Origin: Acidimicrobiales bacterium
GTDB lineage: Bacteria > Actinomycetota > Acidimicrobiia > Acidimicrobiales > Bog-793
Direction of reading: 5' to 3'
Assembly: GCA_035532075.1 (NCBI GenBank)
Contig: DATKRV010000028.1
Location: 12,286 to 76,285, forward strand
Length of the DNA stretch: 64,000 nucleotides
Shown: piece after piece, positions 41,078 through 50,203 of the stretch
Position numbering within the stretch: position 1 is the stretch's first letter
How the letters are laid out: each line of letters starts with the position of its first letter
Position numbers and translations under genes: made by a program
Notes under the pieces: generated by a model
Database searches by the model: none
The model's input: the letters and a program-made list of their open reading frames with translations, nothing else
What the model was told of the DNA's origin: nothing

Positions 41078-42265
41078 TTGTCCTCGTTGTTTGCGCGAAT
41101 GGCGACCCAGATGTTCTCGGTACTCATTGTCCTTTTCGTTCTCGGCACAGGGCACTCCTCTGCTCTCTCGGGAATTGTCCTGCTCGTCGGTCAGGTTCCG
41201 GGGATCATCGTCAGTCCTGTTGCGGGCGCCCTGCTCGAGCGCAATATCAAGGTCATGATGATGAAGCTCGACTTCTACACAGCTGCCGTGGCAATGGCGT
41301 TGATCAGCTCCCTTTCGATCGTTCATATGCTCTCGACAGCGGTACTTCTTCTCATTGTCGCATTGAGTTCACTGACGCAACCTCTCAGCCGGGTCGGAGG
41401 ACGGTCGTTGTTCCCGATCTTGGTGCCACGCGAACTCTGGGATCGATCGAATGCGCTCGACAGTGGGACTTTTGTCATTTCGAGCGTGCTCGGTCCCGGT
41501 ATCGCTGGAGTATCGGTGTCCGTCATCGGCGCGCGTTGGTCGTTGTTGATACCCGCAGTGCTCTCTCTTCTCGCTGCGGCCGCACTTTCGTGGGTAAAGG
41601 TACCTCATCGCGAGATCCACCACGAGGTTGGGGTGTTTGCCGATGCAATCGCGGGGATCAGGTATGTGCTGAATAACCGAGTTCTGCGCATGCTTGCCGG
41701 AACAATGACGATCTACAACATGGGGTCGGGCGCTCTCGCGGTCGCGATTCCCGTTCTGGTTCTGCATCGGCTTCATGGAGGTTCAAAGAGTGTTGGCCTT
41801 TTCTTTGGCGCGATGGGGCTCGCAGGATTTGTCGCAGGCATGGTTATGGGAAGGATCGGTACGGAGCGGCGCGAGAAGGGAATTCTCTCCCTTGGCTGCG
41901 CACTGAGTGCGCTTGGGTTCACCTTGCTTGCCTTTACCCACAATCCTGAACTTGCTGGCCTCGAGATAGCCCTGTGTGGAATTGCCAACGGGCCGTTGGT
42001 CGTCGCAATGTTCTCACTCCGGCAGCGCGCGACAGATCCGCTCTGGTTCGGTCGTGCGTTCGCGGTTTCGATGAATGTCAACTTCGCCGGATACCCAATC
42101 GGGTCCGCCATTGCCGGCGCGCTTTTGACGCACTCCATCTCGCTCGCCTTCGCGGTTGCAGCCTGCCTCTCGTTGCTGGGAGGGGTCTGGCCGACGGTGC
42201 TGCCGAGCCGCTTCTACGAGCCGCTCACCGTCGAGACTTCGAGGCCGATCGTCGTTCTCGAGTGA
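41078..42265 (+). CDS. MFS transporter; start codon unresolved
   Basis: Twelve-TM-like hydrophobic profile with a typical MFS N-terminal region. The frame stays open back to 40982 and encodes family-like YRELFLLAGFTPLIL, but with no ATG/GTG/TTG before TTG 41078. Confidence 0.7.
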   Translation: MSSLFARMATQMFSVLIVLFVLGTGHSSALSGIVLLVGQVPGIIVSPVAGALLERNIKVMMMKLDFYTAAVAMALISSLSIVHMLSTAVLLLIVALSSLTQPLSRVGGRSLFPILVPRELWDRSNALDSGTFVISSVLGPGIAGVSVSVIGARWSLLIPAVLSLLAAAALSWVKVPHREIHHEVGVFADAIAGIRYVLNNRVLRMLAGTMTIYNMGSGALAVAIPVLVLHRLHGGSKSVGLFFGAMGLAGFVAGMVMGRIGTERREKGILSLGCALSALGFTLLAFTHNPELAGLEIALCGIANGPLVVAMFSLRQRATDPLWFGRAFAVSMNVNFAGYPIGSAIAGALLTHSISLAFAVAACLSLLGGVWPTVLPSRFYEPLTVETSRPIVVLE

Positions 42266-42271
42266 CTCGGG

Positions 42272-42487
42272 CTAACGCCGAGGACGGTTCCGGCTCTCGT
42301 GAGCAGGACCGGTCCAGGTGCGACCAGAGAACCTCCAGTTGGTCCGTCGCTCTCGCCAGGCTGAACGCGGCGGTGTCCGGTGCTCGGACTGGTTCTCGAG
42401 GTACTCTCCAAGCGCCTTGATGATCACCTTGAGTGTCGTTTCGTCAGGGATGCGACGTTCACCCGATTGGATCGCGGCCTTGATCAC
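42272..42487 (-). CDS. Acyl-CoA carboxylase epsilon subunit-like small protein
   Basis: 71 aa. Its GTG overlaps the carboxyltransferase TGA (GTGA). The MIKAAIQSGERRIPDETTLKVIIKAL N-terminus and the Trp/Arg-rich tail (SAWRERRTNWR) resemble AccE/PccE. Position directly downstream of the beta subunit is canonical in Actinomycetota. Confidence 0.55.
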   Translation of the reverse strand: MIKAAIQSGERRIPDETTLKVIIKALGEYLENQSEHRTPPRSAWRERRTNWRFSGRTWTGPAHESRNRPRR

Positions 42488-44055
42488 AGTGGAATATTCC
42501 CGTGTTTGCGTCGTGGGAGGTCCTCGCGCTTGGTGATCAGAAGGTCGAGACTTGCAGCCAGTACCTGACGGGTCTCCGCGGGGTCGATGATGTCGTCGAT
42601 GTATCCGCGCTCCGCGGCGACGTAGGGATTGGTGAAGCGCTCGGTATATTGCGCAACCAACTCCGCGCGTCGTGTGGAGGCGTCGTCCGCATTGGCGAGT
42701 TCTCGCCGGTGCACGATCTCGACTGCACCCTCAGGACCCATGACGGCGAGCTCAGCCGACGGCCACGCAAAGCAGAGATCCGAACCGATCGACTTTGAAT
42801 CCATGACGAGGTACGCGCCTCCATACGCTTTTCGCGTTATTACCTGAATGCGCGGCACCGTCGATTCGCAGTACGCGTAGAGCAGTTTTGCGCCGTGGCG
42901 GATGATTCCGCCGTATTCCTGATCGGTGCCAGGCATGAATCCTGGGACATCAACAAAGGTGATGAGGGGGATGTTGAACGCGTCACAAGTTCGTACGAAT
43001 CTGCCGCCCTTTTCCGATGAATCGATATCGAGTACACCAGCGAGAACCTGGGGCTGGTTGGCGACAATTCCGACGACTCGACCGCCGATACGCGCGAAAC
43101 CGCAGGTGAGATTTGCAGCAAAGAATGGGAAGTACTCGAAATATTCTCCCTCGTCAACGACGGAGGTAATCAGGGTCTTGACGTCGTAGGGCTGATTGGG
43201 GCGCGCCGGCACAAGATCGCGAAGTTCGGGAGTTGATCGAGTGACCGAATCGCTATTGCTAGTTGTTGGTGGCTCTTCGAGGTTATTCGAGGGCAAGAAC
43301 GATAGCAGCTGACGTACATCGTCAAGACATGACTGCTCATCTGTGGCGACGAATGCGGCAACGCCTGAACGCGTTGCGTGGGTCATTGCGCCTCCGAGCT
43401 GTTCAGCGGAGACCTCTTCGCCAGTGACGGTCTTTACCACATCTGGACCGGTAATGAACATGTGACTCGTGCCCTGAACCATAAAGATGAAATCTGTCAG
43501 CGCGGGTGAGTACACTGCTCCTCCAGCCGACGGGCCAAGGATGATCGATATCTGTGGAATGACTCCGGACGCGCGCGCGTTGCGATGGAAGATTCCACCG
43601 AATCCATTCAGAGCAGCAACGCCCTCTTGGATACGCGCTCCACCACCGTCGCTCAATCCAATGATTGGAACGCCCATCTTGAGCGCCATGTCCTGGATCT
43701 TTTGGATCTTCGCGGCGTGAGCCTCGCCGAGAGAGCCACCAAATACCGTGAAGTCCTGCGCGTAGATGCACACCTTCCTTGCTTCGATCGTCCCAAATCC
43801 CGTTATGACACCGTCAGTGAAAGGACGGTTTTCGTCGAGCCCTACTCCGTAGGCGTGGTGTCGAACGAGCATGTCGACCTCGTGAAACGAGCCTTCGTCG
43901 AGGAGATAGTCGATGCGTTCGCGTGCGAGCAGCTTGCCCTTTTGTGCCTGTGCTTCGATCGCGCGGTCGGTTCCTGCGCTCCTCGCCTCGCTACGCCGCT
44001 CGATGAGTTCATGCAGTCGATCAGACATTGCGTTGGGAACTCCGCTCTCAGCCAT
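42484..44055 (-). CDS. Acyl-CoA (propionyl-/acetyl-CoA) carboxylase carboxyltransferase beta subunit
   Basis: 523 aa with two crotonase-like carboxyltransferase halves (GGARIQEGV, GPSAGGAVYSPALTDF, GGAYLVM). Confidence 0.9.
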   Translation of the reverse strand: MAESGVPNAMSDRLHELIERRSEARSAGTDRAIEAQAQKGKLLARERIDYLLDEGSFHEVDMLVRHHAYGVGLDENRPFTDGVITGFGTIEARKVCIYAQDFTVFGGSLGEAHAAKIQKIQDMALKMGVPIIGLSDGGGARIQEGVAALNGFGGIFHRNARASGVIPQISIILGPSAGGAVYSPALTDFIFMVQGTSHMFITGPDVVKTVTGEEVSAEQLGGAMTHATRSGVAAFVATDEQSCLDDVRQLLSFLPSNNLEEPPTTSNSDSVTRSTPELRDLVPARPNQPYDVKTLITSVVDEGEYFEYFPFFAANLTCGFARIGGRVVGIVANQPQVLAGVLDIDSSEKGGRFVRTCDAFNIPLITFVDVPGFMPGTDQEYGGIIRHGAKLLYAYCESTVPRIQVITRKAYGGAYLVMDSKSIGSDLCFAWPSAELAVMGPEGAVEIVHRRELANADDASTRRAELVAQYTERFTNPYVAAERGYIDDIIDPAETRQVLAASLDLLITKREDLPRRKHGNIPL

Positions 44056-44100
44056 TGGAGCAAGGCTAATGGTGTGTCGCGCCCGATGTGGAAAGGACGG

Positions 44101-44706
44101 TCAGGCTCCGATCTCGCGGCGTCCCTCAAGCGCGCGCCCAAGTGTGAGTTCGTCCGCATATTCAAGGTCTCCACCGACCGGAAGTCCACTCGCAATGCGT
44201 GTGACGGTCAATCCCATCGGTTTGAGAAGTCGCGCGAGGTACATCGCGGTGGTATCTCCCTCAAGGTTGGGGTTTGTGCACAAGATTACCTCCGCAACCC
44301 GCTCATCTTCGATACGTGATAGGAGTTCTCGCACGCGCAACTTTTCAGGTCCAATGCCTTCGATCGGATTCAATGCTCCACCCAGAACGTGGTAACGCCC
44401 ATTGAATTCATGTGTCCGCTCAACTGCGACGATGTCGCGCGGATCTTCGACGACGCAGATCTTCGTGGTGTCTCGCTGGTTGTCATCGCAGATCGAGCAC
44501 TCATGCGACAGAGAAACGTTGAAGCATCGTTCGCAAAGCGTCGTTCGCTCTTTGACCTCGATGATTGCTCCGGCGAGCCGAAGCGCATCTTCCTTTGCAA
44601 CCTTGAGCAGGTAGAAAGCGATGCGCGCGGCGGATTTCGGCCCGATGCCGGGGAGTCGGCCAAGTTCATCGACGAGATCTTGGATGGGTCCATCAAACAG
44701 TGCCAG
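44101..44706 (-). CDS. recR: Recombination protein RecR, apparent CTG start
   Basis: My in-frame translation upstream of the track ORF gives (M)[33 protein letters not shown]...[18 protein letters not shown]...Toprim. There is no ATG/GTG/TTG in frame upstream of codon 112. CTG 44706 follows AGGGGAAG. Confidence 0.75.
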   Translation of the reverse strand: MALFDGPIQDLVDELGRLPGIGPKSAARIAFYLLKVAKEDALRLAGAIIEVKERTTLCERCFNVSLSHECSICDDNQRDTTKICVVEDPRDIVAVERTHEFNGRYHVLGGALNPIEGIGPEKLRVRELLSRIEDERVAEVILCTNPNLEGDTTAMYLARLLKPMGLTVTRIASGLPVGGDLEYADELTLGRALEGRREIGA

Positions 44707-44717
44707 CTTCTTCCCCT

Positions 44718-45068
44718 TTAGTGAGTCGGGTCGCGATCGTTTGATCCAAAAAGGCCCTCGAGCGCCTGTGCAACTGCTCCGCCCATGGCCTCGCTTCGCA
44801 CCTTTTTGAGCTGACTTGTCGCGTCGCGAATTGCTGCGAGGACGAGATCCTCGAGCAGTGAAAGATCGCCGGGATCGACGACCGAGGGATCGATGGTGAT
44901 CCTGTCGAACGAGAACTCACCCGAGACCTCGACGCGCACCTTTCCCTGCGCGGCGCTACCGGTCACCATCCGCTCGTTTGCCTGTTGCTCGGCGCGCGAG
45001 AGTTGATCTTGCAACTGCGCCATTGCGTCAAGGAGACCGTCGCCCCCTTCATCCGGGGAGAGACTCAT
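44718..45068 (-). CDS. ybaB: Nucleoid-associated protein YbaB/EbfC
   Basis: 116 aa lying between dnaX and recR, with typical family sequence ([25 protein letters not shown]). Confidence 0.85.
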   Translation of the reverse strand: MSLSPDEGGDGLLDAMAQLQDQLSRAEQQANERMVTGSAAQGKVRVEVSGEFSFDRITIDPSVVDPGDLSLLEDLVLAAIRDATSQLKKVRSEAMGGAVAQALEGLFGSNDRDPTH

Positions 45069-45071
45069 CGT

Positions 45072-47051
45072 CTAGATCTCCTTTGCGCCCGGGAAGGCGG
45101 CGCGGAGCTGGTCTTCTGCCCAGGCGAAATTGGTGTTCGGCTTCTTTTCGGATTCGTGGTCCGCGAGGGGAAGGCCGAGATCATCGAGATCATCTTCATG
45201 CTCGGTTGTATCTGCATTTCGTCCATCATCTGCCGTGTGCGATTGGAGACGAGGAGCCGACGTTGGAGCAGTTGATCTGATCGCCGGGGCGGGGGTGTGG
45301 GGTGCTCCGACGACCAGTCGGAGACTGAGCTTGGTGCCGAACTGCGTGGAAAGGGTGTCTTCGATATCGGATTTGAGGGGCTCTGCGTGGCGGATGTGCG
45401 CTTCGTTGGGAAGCCCGGCGATAATCGTCTGGTCCTCAATTGCCATGAACCGGGTTGCCTGGTAGATCGCACGTGCCTTTGGTCGAAGCGACGCAAGGAC
45501 CTGGTCCTCCCAGACGCGAACAAGTTCCTCGAAGGACGGCATCGGACGGCGGTGGGGGTCGCTCCCCTGAGCCTCGACGTCGATGGTCGTGGTGGAATCT
45601 AGCGGGTCGCCCGCTTTTGGCTCCTCGGTCATCGCGCTTTCGTCTTGGAGGTCACGTACGACGGGATCTGCCAACCTCTTTTCGCCACCTGCAGACCTCA
45701 GCAGGGCTCCGAGCGATGGGCGCGGTCTTGAGGCCGCGAGCTCCATTGAAGCTGGATCTTGCGCAGCCGGTGTCGCTGGGGCAGTCGGCTCCGGTGTCCT
45801 TGGTGCGAGTGGGGCGGAGGTCGGTGTCGCCGACATAGCAGCGCCCTTTGGGCTCTGGGGAGCCCCGACAAGCTGTCGTTCGATCCGTTCGATGCGTTCA
45901 ACGAGCGCCTCGGGAGTCGTCTCCGCCCCTGGATGCGTGCACCGGATCATTGCGACCTCAAGGGTGATTCGTGGTTCAGGAGCGTCGCGCATTGCGACTA
46001 TGGCGGCGCCGACAAGCTCCATCGCCCGGACACACCGCGCGGTTCCGAGTGAGAGTACCTGATCGCGTTCGAAATCAGAGAGCGGTATTGCGGTATTTGC
46101 GTGGTACTGCGCGAGAAAACCTGCGCGCAGACGCTCGATGACATCGACTCCGAGTTGTTGAGGATCATGACCCGCATCCACCGCGCAGTTGATTGCAATC
46201 AAGAGGGCAGCAGTATCGCTCTCACGCATCGCGCCGATGATCTCGTTGATGACATCGGTGCTGTCTTCGATGACTCCCGATGCCGCAACTTGATCGAGCA
46301 TGCTGAGTGCGTCGCGCGCCGAGCCGCGCGCGCGTCGGACCGCGGTATCGAGAGCTCCTTCGGGAAGTTCGAGCCCGGCATCTCGTGCGATATCGGCAAG
46401 GAGGGCATCAAGCGTTGTCTCATTTATGAGATGAAACTCAAAGTGTTGGGTGCGGCTACGGATAGTGGGAAGGACCTTCTGGGGATCGGTCGTCGCGAGG
46501 ACAAAAACGACATGCTCGGGGGGCTCTTCGAGCGTCTTGAGGAGCGCATTTGAAGCCTGTGCTGAAAGCATGTGGACTTCGTCGACGATGTAGACCTTCC
46601 AGCGACCCGGGGTCGCGAGGGTCGATCGTGCCACCAAATCTCGCATTGCATCTACGCCGTTGTTCGAGGCCGCGTCGAGCTCGTGAACGTCGAACGAGGA
46701 GCCAGCGGTGATGGAGCGGCATGAGGCGCAGATTCCGCAGGGTTCGCCCTCTTGTGGAGATTCACAGTCAAGCGCCTTGGCGAGGATTCGAGCGGTGGAG
46801 GTCTTGCCGGTGCCACGTGGACCGCTGAATAGATACGCGTGAGCAACGCGGCCATCTCGAACCGCATTGCGCAACGCGAGCGCGACATGCTCTTGTCCTC
46901 GGACCTCGTGGAATCGCTGCGGACGATAGCGCCGATAGAGGGATTGATACGGTAAATCTGCCTCGGGAGATGTTGGAACATTCTTGGCCACGTCCTCGAG
47001 CCTAATGGCCGAGAGCGTCACGAGAGAATGGACAGATCCGGACCGTTCCAT
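45072..47051 (-). CDS. dnaX: DNA polymerase III subunit gamma/tau
   Basis: LYRRYRPQRFHEVRGQEHV, Walker A GPRGTGKTS, a Zn module (CxxC) and a long Pro/Ala-rich C-terminal half. The start is uncertain (ATG 47051 or GTG 46991). The track start at 47126 would run into the SRP RNA. Confidence 0.85.
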   Translation of the reverse strand: MERSGSVHSLVTLSAIRLEDVAKNVPTSPEADLPYQSLYRRYRPQRFHEVRGQEHVALALRNAVRDGRVAHAYLFSGPRGTGKTSTARILAKALDCESPQEGEPCGICASCRSITAGSSFDVHELDAASNNGVDAMRDLVARSTLATPGRWKVYIVDEVHMLSAQASNALLKTLEEPPEHVVFVLATTDPQKVLPTIRSRTQHFEFHLINETTLDALLADIARDAGLELPEGALDTAVRRARGSARDALSMLDQVAASGVIEDSTDVINEIIGAMRESDTAALLIAINCAVDAGHDPQQLGVDVIERLRAGFLAQYHANTAIPLSDFERDQVLSLGTARCVRAMELVGAAIVAMRDAPEPRITLEVAMIRCTHPGAETTPEALVERIERIERQLVGAPQSPKGAAMSATPTSAPLAPRTPEPTAPATPAAQDPASMELAASRPRPSLGALLRSAGGEKRLADPVVRDLQDESAMTEEPKAGDPLDSTTTIDVEAQGSDPHRRPMPSFEELVRVWEDQVLASLRPKARAIYQATRFMAIEDQTIIAGLPNEAHIRHAEPLKSDIEDTLSTQFGTKLSLRLVVGAPHTPAPAIRSTAPTSAPRLQSHTADDGRNADTTEHEDDLDDLGLPLADHESEKKPNTNFAWAEDQLRAAFPGAKEI

Positions 47052-47109
47052 CAGGAGAACAGTCGATATCGCCGGGAGAGAACGTCCTCCCCTGCGTGTG
47101 CAACGGCCA

Positions 47110-47222
47110 GGTCCCCTGCGGCACACTCAATGTTCCGCTGAGAGCTGCTGCCTTCCGACCCTGACTCGGTTCACGGGATTGCGTTGCGCAGAACCCGGCC
47201 GCTGCACACGCGGGTGAGGACC
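47110..47222 (-). ncRNA. ffs: Signal recognition particle RNA (small/4.5S type)
   Basis: The minus-strand sequence contains the domain IV core GAGUCAGGGUCGGAAGGCAGCAGCUC (GGAA tetraloop, AGCAGC). The termini GGUCCUC.../...GGGGACC can pair. It lies upstream of dnaX, the usual position. Confidence 0.8.
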
Positions 47223-47248
47223 ATTACAGGGTAGCGTCTATTGCTCCG

Positions 47249-47337
47249 AGGATGAGTGCGAGAGCGGCCGAATCGGCACGATTGGAAATCGTGTGAGGGG
47301 AAACCCTCCGTGGGTTCAAATCCCACCTCATCCGCCA
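47249..47337 (+). tRNA. tRNA-Ser (anticodon GGA), CCA encoded
   Basis: Acceptor GGATGAG/CTCATCC, anticodon stem CACGA/TCGTG with loop TTGGAAA, long variable arm, and T loop GGTTCAAATCC. Confidence 0.9.
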
Positions 47338-48627
47338 CCTCATCCGCAAGTGGTCGTTCCGCGAACGCGATGAAGCAATATCGGGGTGCCGGTGTCTGAC
47401 TCATCGGTGCTGATGGCCCAACACACGTTCGACCCCCCACCAGCCACTACTGAGGGCTCCGAACGCCGATTGTCCATCGGTGGTCGGTCTGGCGGGGAAA
47501 TCTCGGGTGGGCGTGTTACGCCGTTGCCTCCCCCAACGACAGGGCCGTTCGAGTGAGGAGGTGGGCCACAACGTTGGCGGAACGGCGCCCGAACACCTCC
47601 TCGGGACAGCCGCCAGCCTCGAGGCGTAACACCGACAATGGCACGATGCCCCAAATAGCGACCACCTCCGGTTGCGACGCGGACCGCTGTCAGGTAATCG
47701 GGAAAACGCCCATTCGAAGGGCGCTCTTCCCGGGAACCCACTCGATGCGGTCGGGCAAGATCCGTACCCGGCCTATGAACTCGCTCGCGTCACGCACTCA
47801 CTGCCCAATGTTCGTTCCGTGCCCCCGTGCTTCCCACGCCAGAACCTGACCGGTCATCTCCGGTTGGGACGGATCGGATGGTACCTGCTGATATTTGCGT
47901 CGGCACGCGATGTAGAGCTTCCCTAGCCCGAGGACGAATAACGCGCCGGTCCAGCTGGCTTTCAAGATCAAGCTCGCTCCGCTATAGACAACGACGATGA
48001 GAAAGAAGACGGTCTGACGCCTCTGTCGCCTGTCGCGCTGCTACGCGCTTTCAATGCCGAGGCTGCTTTTTTTAAAAGTTCCGTACCTCGCGCATTGATC
48101 CCTGGTCGATCTGACATCATGCCCAAGAGTCAGGCTGGTTTCTAGAGACAGATCTCTCGATCTGAGCAACCGGGTCGTCGGGCGAACTCGGTCAACCGGG
48201 AGATCCGATCAGGCGGATCGGGTGCTGGTCAACGTGGCATCGGGCCCGGTGGTAAGCGAGCAAACAGTTTCGGTCGCGGGACTGGCATTGACGCAGACGT
48301 GCTCTGCCTGGCCGGTGAGTTGCCCCTTTGACGAGCCCGGCACAATTTGCGCAATTGAGTTCTTTCAACGTCGAATTGTGTCGTCCTATCGGGCTGCTTG
48401 GCGCGATGGAGAGATTCGTCACGAGCAGTGCAGACATTGGGTTTTCGCTGTATCTCGCGTCTCTCTGTTCTTGTGCGCTGCCATGGTGCGCGTTCTTCCC
48501 ATGATCGTGACATCAGCTGACCTAGAGTGATGCTCCCGACGGAAACAGATGTCTTGGATGTGTTGAACCCGGGTCGATCGCGCAGTTCTCGTGTTGGGCT
48601 GCCAGCACACCTGAGAGGGGAGCGCCC

Positions 48628-49107
48628 GTGCAGTGGACCGATGAACAATTGATGCTCCTTGCGATCGAGCAGGCCACGCTTGCCATGGACCAAGGAGAGG
48701 TTCCCGTCGGGGCGGTCGTCTGTTTCGATGACGAGGTGATCGCCAGGGCATACAACGGCCGCGAGAGGCAAAAAAATCCCGTCGCGCATGCAGAGATCCT
48801 TGCCCTGGGCGGGGCCGCAGGTCGACTTGGCAACTGGAGGCTCGAAGGTTCCACGCTGGTCGTGACGCTTGAGCCCTGCTCGATGTGCGCAGGAGCGCTC
48901 GTCAACGCCCGCGTTGACCGCGTGGTGTTTGGGGCATCTGATCCAAAGGCGGGAGCGTGTGGAACGCTCTACAACCTTTGCAGCGATCCGCGGCTCAACC
49001 ATGAAGTCAGTGTTACCTCCGGTGTTCTCGCGAAAGAGTGTGGTGAACTTCTCCAATCGTTCTTTTCTCAGCGCCGAGTCAACAACGTGGTGGGGCAGAA
49101 CAACTAG
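48628..49107 (+). CDS. tadA: tRNA-specific adenosine deaminase
   Basis: Deaminase motifs HAEILAL and PCSMCAGAL; 159 aa; GTG start. Confidence 0.9.
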   Translation: MQWTDEQLMLLAIEQATLAMDQGEVPVGAVVCFDDEVIARAYNGRERQKNPVAHAEILALGGAAGRLGNWRLEGSTLVVTLEPCSMCAGALVNARVDRVVFGASDPKAGACGTLYNLCSDPRLNHEVSVTSGVLAKECGELLQSFFSQRRVNNVVGQNN

Positions 49108-49150
49108 GTGCGCGAAATCGCGTGAGTTATCGTCCACTAGCCTCGTGAGC

Positions 49151-49237
49151 GGATGAGTGCGAGAGTGGACGAATCGGACGGTCTCGAAAACCGTTGAGGT
49201 CGCAAGGCTTCCGTGGGTTCGAATCCCACCTCATCCG
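49151..49237 (+). tRNA. tRNA-Ser (anticodon CGA), no encoded CCA
   Basis: Acceptor GGATGAG/CTCATCC, anticodon stem ACGGT/ACCGT with loop CTCGAAA, long variable arm, and T loop GGTTCGAATCC. Confidence 0.9.
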
Positions 49238-50196
49238 CCGATTCGGTCTTTTGTTTCGATCCATCGTCGCAACCCGGCAGCATTTGAGTGAATGCCATTT
49301 AGCGTCTCGATCCTCGTGCGCTGTTCTGGATCGACATCGTCGTTTTCCTGGGCGAACTCAGCTGTCAACGCCTCTGCAATGTCCATGCCGCCGTGGTAGG
49401 CATTTTCTGCAACGCCGACCCATTCACGGAGTCGCATCTCTGCCTCTTGGAGAAGGTCATTGGGATCAAGCGGGATGAGTCCGTAATGGGTGAGTGCGAT
49501 CCCCGCAGGACGCAGCGCGGAGAATCTTCTCATTGAGGCGATTGCCTTCGTAAAGTCAAAGTCCGCTGGAGGTGTCGCCGGTCTGAGTACCCCTCCGTCA
49601 GGGAGTTGGACTCCGAGTGCATCGCCAGCAAAGAGCAGTCCGCTCGTCTCGTCGAGAAAGGCAAGGTGATGTTTTGCGTGTCCGGGCGAGTCGATCGCGC
49701 GCACAGCTCGATTGCCGACATCGACGATGTCGTCATCGAACAGAACAACGATTCGTTCTGCGTCGGTCGGGTCGAGTCGGCCATAGAGGCTGTCGAGAAG
49801 ATCGCCATAGACACGCGACGCGCTATCGATGAGGCGCGATGGGTCGACGAGGTGACGCGCTCCGAGCTCATGGACGTAGACCGTGGCGTTTGGAAAAAGT
49901 CGGGCAATGTCCCCGACTCCTCCAGCGTGGTCCAGGTGGATGTGAGTGACCGCAACTCCGGCGAGGCTTTCGTGGTCGACGCCAATCTGAGCAAGCGCGC
50001 GCGACAATGTTGCGACAGATGACTGTGAGCCAGTTTCGATAAGGAGTGGTCGCGAGCCGGTGACGAGATACCCGGCCGTGGCCTTTTCCCACCCACCAAG
50101 CAGCGTATCGATCTCGAGCACCCCTGGCGCGATCTCGTTGACAAGTGCTTCGTCACTCTCGTTCTGTGTCTCCATCGATTCACCGGGAGGCGTCAT
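49231..50196 (-). CDS. MBL-fold metallo-hydrolase
   Basis: HIHLDHAGG metal-binding motif. The start is placed at ATG 50196, after the pyrE stop. The 3' end overlaps tRNA-Ser(CGA) by 7 nt on the opposite strand. Confidence 0.75.
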   Translation of the reverse strand: MTPPGESMETQNESDEALVNEIAPGVLEIDTLLGGWEKATAGYLVTGSRPLLIETGSQSSVATLSRALAQIGVDHESLAGVAVTHIHLDHAGGVGDIARLFPNATVYVHELGARHLVDPSRLIDSASRVYGDLLDSLYGRLDPTDAERIVVLFDDDIVDVGNRAVRAIDSPGHAKHHLAFLDETSGLLFAGDALGVQLPDGGVLRPATPPADFDFTKAIASMRRFSALRPAGIALTHYGLIPLDPNDLLQEAEMRLREWVGVAENAYHGGMDIAEALTAEFAQENDDVDPEQRTRIETLNGIHSNAAGLRRWIETKDRIGG

Positions 50197-50203
50197 CGAT
50201 GGA

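Noticed and set aside
18754-42300. attR copy of the tRNA-Leu 3' end that would delimit the island.
   Set aside because: A scan by eye for GGTTCAAGTCCCCTCTCGCCCA or its 3' half found no second copy. A computational repeat search is still needed before concluding absence.
47340-47800. RNase P RNA, suggested by a ...CCCGGCCTATGAAC... 3'-like element and a CAAATAG motif.
   Set aside because: The near-universal GAGGAAAGUCCGG (P4) segment is absent on both strands and the other conserved blocks do not line up. tmRNA was also rejected, since there is no GGGG...tRNA-Ala-like ends.
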